Sequence record: DRR723986_9796
Direction: 5' to 3' (one strand)
Length of the DNA: 64,000 bases
Below, piece by piece: positions 59,704 to 64,000 of this stretch. The first letter of the stretch is position 1; each line of letters begins with the position of its first letter. The notes under the pieces were generated by a model that saw only the letters and a list, made by a program, of their open reading frames with translations, had not been told where the DNA came from and made no database searches. A program made the translations under genes and the position numbers.

Positions 59704-60792
59704 ATGCCTGCCGAACACTCAATTTTCTCGAATTCTGAGCTCGCTCGGATGATCGTCGATGTGTCTCCTGCTGGGATGATCATTGTCGATCACACTGGCA
59801 CGATAGCGCTCGCCAATCCGCAGGCACTAAAGTGGTTTGGGTACCAGCCCGGTGAACTGATTGGAAAGCGAATTGAAGTCTTAGTTGCCGAGAAGCACCG
59901 AACGAAACATTCCAAGACTAGGGCTTCCTACCAGCGCGCACCTTCAACGCGCGAAATGGCTGGTGGCCAAGATCTATTCGGGCGCAGGAAGGACGGATCA
60001 GAATTTCCGGTTGACATTAGCCTGCATCCAATTGAAACCGATTCCGGCCCCATGATCCTAGCCAACATCATCGACGCGGGGCCGCGGCACGAAGCAGAGA
60101 AGAATCGCAAGATGCGCGAATCAATGGAGAAGCTCGCGCTGCTTGGTCAGTTGGCTGGAGGAGTTGCCCATGAAATTCGAACCCCCCTTTGTGTGATCAG
60201 CAATGACGTTTACTTCTTGCAATCCGCCGTCGAAAAACTTGGCGAAGACGCTCGTGAATGCGTGCAAGAGATAAGTGACGCTGTTGCGAAGGCGAACGGT
60301 ATTGTCAGCGAGCTGCTCGATTTCACACGTGATATTAGCAGCGAATTGCAGAGTGCTTCCACAGCTAGAATTGTGGAGTCCGCCGTAAAGCTGGCTGCTC
60401 TGCCCGACAACGTGACGCTGGAGGTGGACGTCGAGAAAGATTTTGAAATCCAAGTCGACGCTGATCAAATCGAGCGGATCCTCGTAAACTTGTTACGGAA
60501 CGGAGCTCAGGCCATTCCAAGCAGAGGAACTGTATCGCTGAGCGTGTCCGATCACGGCGAGCACATTGTATTCCGAGTAAAAGACACCGGTTCCGGTATC
60601 AAATCGGATGACTTAGATCGAATTTTTGAACCTTTATTCACGACAAAACCTAAGGGCATCGGACTTGGGCTTGCCGTTTCGAAGCGTTACGCGGAACGTA
60701 ATGGAGGACGATTGGTCGTCGTGTCGTCGAGCAAAGATGGAACGACTTTTGAATTGCGATTGCCGCAAAATGAAGGAGCCGCGAGCGAATAG
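59704..60792 (+). CDS. Cytoplasmic PAS sensor histidine kinase
   Basis: PAS (GRRKDGSEFPVDISL), AHEIRTPL, NLLRNG, DTGSGI, GIGLGLA. Confidence 0.93.
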   Translation: MPAEHSIFSNSELARMIVDVSPAGMIIVDHTGTIALANPQALKWFGYQPGELIGKRIEVLVAEKHRTKHSKTRASYQRAPSTREMAGGQDLFGRRKDGSEFPVDISLHPIETDSGPMILANIIDAGPRHEAEKNRKMRESMEKLALLGQLAGGVAHEIRTPLCVISNDVYFLQSAVEKLGEDARECVQEISDAVAKANGIVSELLDFTRDISSELQSASTARIVESAVKLAALPDNVTLEVDVEKDFEIQVDADQIERILVNLLRNGAQAIPSRGTVSLSVSDHGEHIVFRVKDTGSGIKSDDLDRIFEPLFTTKPKGIGLGLAVSKRYAERNGGRLVVVSSSKDGTTFELRLPQNEGAASE

Positions 60793-60967
60793 CCAACCCC
60801 TCCTGAGCGGGTCCGACGCCAACGAGAAATGACAGACTGCCGAGTGGACGGATGTGAATGGACTCCGCAGTTCCGCGGCCGTAGCAGCTTCTCACCGGTA
60901 GGTAGTCGGTGCGACGGCAATCGATGAGATAGCGACTGGTGAATGCCACTCTTTGAAGAACAGTTTG

Positions 60968-61705
60968 ATGAACGAAAAACGTCGGATCTTAATCGTTGAT
61001 GATGATTCGATGATCCGCAGATCCCTCTGTAGGATCCTGAAAATAAACAATTATGAAACGTTCGAGGCGGCCGATGGATTGGAAGCAGTCAAGATCGTAG
61101 AACAGGTCCGGCCCGATTTGCTTGTGCTCGACATCCGCATGCCAGGCATCGATGGAGTCGAAACTTTTTTCCGGATACGCAAGCTTCTTCCAAGTGTGCC
61201 GGCTGTGTTCATGACGGCCTATTCATCCAGTGACAAAGCGGTTGCTGCCAGTAACGCCGGCGGCCTGTGCGTGCTCATGAAACCGCTGGACGTTTCCGGA
61301 CTAATGGACGTAATTGGAACGGCCGTCGCCGAAGCCCCGGTGCTTATTGTTGACGACCAAGAGGACTTCTTGCTTTCACTCGCTCGAGCACTCGACTCTC
61401 AGGGTATCGAGAATGTCACCGCCAGTTCCATTAAAGAAGCGGTAGCTCAACTGCGAATGCGTCCGCGGCGCGTGGTCATTGCGGACGTATTCTTGGAAGA
61501 CGGCAACGGCCTAGAACTGCTCGCAGAGATCGATACTGCATGTTCGCCACCGCCACTGGTCCTGGTAACCGGACACGCCGACTGGTTTGGTGGCCAAGAA
61601 GCACCCAAGAAGCTGGGCGACGCCGGAGTGCAGTGCATTGAAAAGCCTCTAGACATCCCTAAGCTGATTGCAACGATTGATGCACTTCGCCAGTCAGTTA
61701 CGTAG
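60968..61705 (+). CDS. Response regulator with two receiver domains
   Basis: ILIVDDD...DIRMPG...MTAY...KP and VLIVDDQ...DVFL...VTGH...KP. Confidence 0.92.
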   Translation: MNEKRRILIVDDDSMIRRSLCRILKINNYETFEAADGLEAVKIVEQVRPDLLVLDIRMPGIDGVETFFRIRKLLPSVPAVFMTAYSSSDKAVAASNAGGLCVLMKPLDVSGLMDVIGTAVAEAPVLIVDDQEDFLLSLARALDSQGIENVTASSIKEAVAQLRMRPRRVVIADVFLEDGNGLELLAEIDTACSPPPLVLVTGHADWFGGQEAPKKLGDAGVQCIEKPLDIPKLIATIDALRQSVT

Positions 61706-61731
61706 GAGCCCAATCGCTGGGCAGGTGAATC

Positions 61732-63258
61732 GTGGATAGCATCGATGAAAAAGCTGAACTGTGCGTACTGGTCGTCGATGACGACGCAGCCATGTGCAAG
61801 AGCATGCGTCGAGTGCTCAGGTTAGACGGCTATACCGTCGCAACGGCAAGCTCCGCCGCAGAGATGTTGGATCGAAGCGATCTACCCTCGTTCTTCGCTA
61901 TCTTGCTCGATCGTCGCCTGCCTGACGGAGACGCCAGTCACGCCGTTGAACGGCTGCGCAATCGTGCCCCGGATGCAGCCATCCTGATTGTCACTGGCCA
62001 CGCCGATCTCGATAGCACTCTGGCAGCAATCCGTCAGGGCGTAGACGATTATTTAATTAAGCCGGTTGAGCCGGGGGCTCTGAGGGCTCGGCTGAAGTCT
62101 CTGGCGGAACTCTATCGCGTTAAATCGTCGCTCAAACAGAGCGATGCAAGAATGCGGTTTCTCGTCGAGAATCTGCCGGCAGGTGCAATCTACGTCGATG
62201 ACGGCAAACTGGTCATGAATCGTGCCGTCGAAGAAATGACGGGATTCCAAGGCCGTGAAATTGCAACGGTGTCTCGCTGGTTCGATGTACTCTGTGGTGC
62301 TCAAGCCGAGGAGTGCCGAACCAAGTACGATCAAGTCAAAGCGGAAGGTTTCTCCCATCCGTGCTTGCTGCCCATCACTCGACGCGATGGCATCCAGCGC
62401 ATGCTCGAAATTGCTGGCTACCGTTACGACAACCGTGAAGTGTGGCTGGTAACCGACGCCACTGAGCTGGAAGATGCGCAGCAGCGTCTTGTACAAGCCG
62501 AACGTCTTGCTGCTATCGGACAAATGGTGACTGGACTGGCCCACGAAAGCCGAAATGCACTCCAGCGGGCACGCGGCTGCTTGGATTTGCTGGAACTAGA
62601 CCTCGAATCCCAGCCTTCACAACTGGACTTGGTGAACCGCATTCGGCGCTCGCTTGGCGACCTCCAACGCAACTACGAAGAAGTCAGGAACTACGCCGCG
62701 CCGATCGCCTTAGAGTCGGAACCCGTTATGGTGTGTGATCTTGCGCGTGACGTTTTCGACGACCTGCAGTATCAGTATTCAGAGGCGGGACACAGCCTGG
62801 TTGTCCAGTGTAGCAGCGACTGCGAACAGCCAATTCTGCTTGACAAACACCGGATGCGTCAGGTGCTTCAAAACGTACTCGAGAATGCAATTGCAGCTAG
62901 CCCTTCGGGAACTCCCATCACTGTCCGCACGTCACTGGAGAAGCAGTCCGGTGGCGAGTATCACGTTCTTGAAGTCTCCGACTGTGGCCCTGGATTAACG
63001 ACGGAAACGAAGGCTCGCATCTTCGAACCGTTCTATACGACCAAACAATCCGGTACGGGCCTTGGCATGGCAATTTGCCAACGAATCATTGACGCTCACT
63101 CCGGGACGATTGAAGCCCGTTGTCAGCACTGCACTGAATCGGTCGCCAGTGAGCAAGTGTCGGAACAAGAACCACCTGGCTCCGGAACAACGATTCGTAT
63201 TTCTCTGCCATACCGCCGTGCCGCCAGCTCAACCGGGCAATTTCCGAAGAACAACTAA
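61732..63258 (+). CDS. Hybrid histidine kinase (REC-PAS-HisKA-HATPase)
   Basis: VLVVDDD...DRRLPD...KP; PAS; AHESRNAL; NVLENA; GTGLGM. Confidence 0.93.
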   Translation: MDSIDEKAELCVLVVDDDAAMCKSMRRVLRLDGYTVATASSAAEMLDRSDLPSFFAILLDRRLPDGDASHAVERLRNRAPDAAILIVTGHADLDSTLAAIRQGVDDYLIKPVEPGALRARLKSLAELYRVKSSLKQSDARMRFLVENLPAGAIYVDDGKLVMNRAVEEMTGFQGREIATVSRWFDVLCGAQAEECRTKYDQVKAEGFSHPCLLPITRRDGIQRMLEIAGYRYDNREVWLVTDATELEDAQQRLVQAERLAAIGQMVTGLAHESRNALQRARGCLDLLELDLESQPSQLDLVNRIRRSLGDLQRNYEEVRNYAAPIALESEPVMVCDLARDVFDDLQYQYSEAGHSLVVQCSSDCEQPILLDKHRMRQVLQNVLENAIAASPSGTPITVRTSLEKQSGGEYHVLEVSDCGPGLTTETKARIFEPFYTTKQSGTGLGMAICQRIIDAHSGTIEARCQHCTESVASEQVSEQEPPGSGTTIRISLPYRRAASSTGQFPKNN

Positions 63259-63272
63259 AGCGATCGATCGCC

Positions 63273-64000
63273 ATGTTAGCCCAGCCAATCAATTTGTTGA
63301 TCGTTGAAGACGATGCTGACTTCCGTGACACCAGCCTGCGCTGGATGCAACGCAAGGGCCACGAAGTCGCTGCGGCCGCAAGTGGTGCCGAAGCACTGAG
63401 CCTGTGCGAACACCATCATTTCGATGTGGGCATCTTCGACATGAACATGCCTGGCATGAGTGGCATTGAACTGCTGCATCGTGTTCGAGAGCAGGGCATT
63501 GATATGGAGGTCATCATCCTGACAGGGCAGGGGACCATCGAATCTGCCGTGCAGGCGATGAAGATGGGCGCGAGCGATTACCTGACCAAACCTTGCCCAC
63601 TCGGCGACCTTGAACACCACTGTGAACTTGCCCGACAGCGGGGGCGGTTAAGACGAGAGAACCAACAACTCAAAGCGATCATTTCCCGCGACCGCCAGAC
63701 CGCCAACATCATCGGCAACTCTCAAGAAATGCAGTCGATCGTACGATTGATTGACCGTATTGCTCCGACCGACAAGCCCGTCTTGATCACTGGTGAAAGC
63801 GGAACGGGCAAAGAAGTGGTGGCCAAGGCAATCCAGCAAGCAAGTCCGCTGGCGGCCATGCCCTTCGTAACGGTCAACTGCGCCGCCCTGCCCGAACAAC
63901 TCGTTGAGAGCGAGCTTTTCGGGCATCAAAAAGGCTCATTCACCGGTGCAACGGCTGAGAAGCCGGGGCTATTCGAAGTAGCCGACGGGGGGACGCTGTT
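63273..64000 (+). CDS. Sigma54-dependent response regulator (NtrC/AtoC family), truncated by window end
   Basis: Translated by hand: LLIVEDD, DMNMPG, ITGESGTGKE, NCAALP, ESELFGH, GSFTGA; absent from the ORF track because it has no stop. Confidence 0.93.
   Translation, partial: MLAQPINLLIVEDDADFRDTSLRWMQRKGHEVAAAASGAEALSLCEHHHFDVGIFDMNMPGMSGIELLHRVREQGIDMEVIILTGQGTIESAVQAMKMGASDYLTKPCPLGDLEHHCELARQRGRLRRENQQLKAIISRDRQTANIIGNSQEMQSIVRLIDRIAPTDKPVLITGESGTGKEVVAKAIQQASPLAAMPFVTVNCAALPEQLVESELFGHQKGSFTGATAEKPGLFEVADGGTL

Overview
A 64 kb chromosomal window, almost certainly from a planctomycete (Pirellulaceae-like). Supporting signs are an LExLERRxLLA extracellular signal with dockerin-like repeats, an ECF sigma/Ser-Thr kinase pair, tandem PQQ-type beta-propellers, a MoxR-DUF58-BatA operon, a YTV motif and a sulfatase. 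Core genes include recJ, prfB (programmed +1 frameshift, split in the ORF track), purM, hemW and a eukaryote-type UDP-GlcNAc pyrophosphorylase. No rRNA, tRNA, CRISPR array, integrase or reverse transcriptase was seen. The most unusual signal is in the accessory block at about 35.6-46.5 kb: two pairs of direct repeats (58 bp at 39727/40346; 21 bp at 43356/45030). Each pair copies part of the 3' region of an upstream gene, flanks a discrete cassette, and shares an 11-bp core CACTTG(A/G)ACGT in the same orientation. Recombination across the 58-bp pair would fuse a WD40/YTV surface protein in frame to the downstream LRR ORF. Other points: an Rpn nuclease with an internal RBS and ATG (gene within a gene); a serine hydrolase/ICMT/PRMT-like methyltransferase trio; a truncated-globin/heme-PAS phosphorelay behind a candidate sigma54 promoter; an apparent ATC start codon; an esterase-double sialidase fusion. 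All family calls come from motif recognition by eye; no database search was run.
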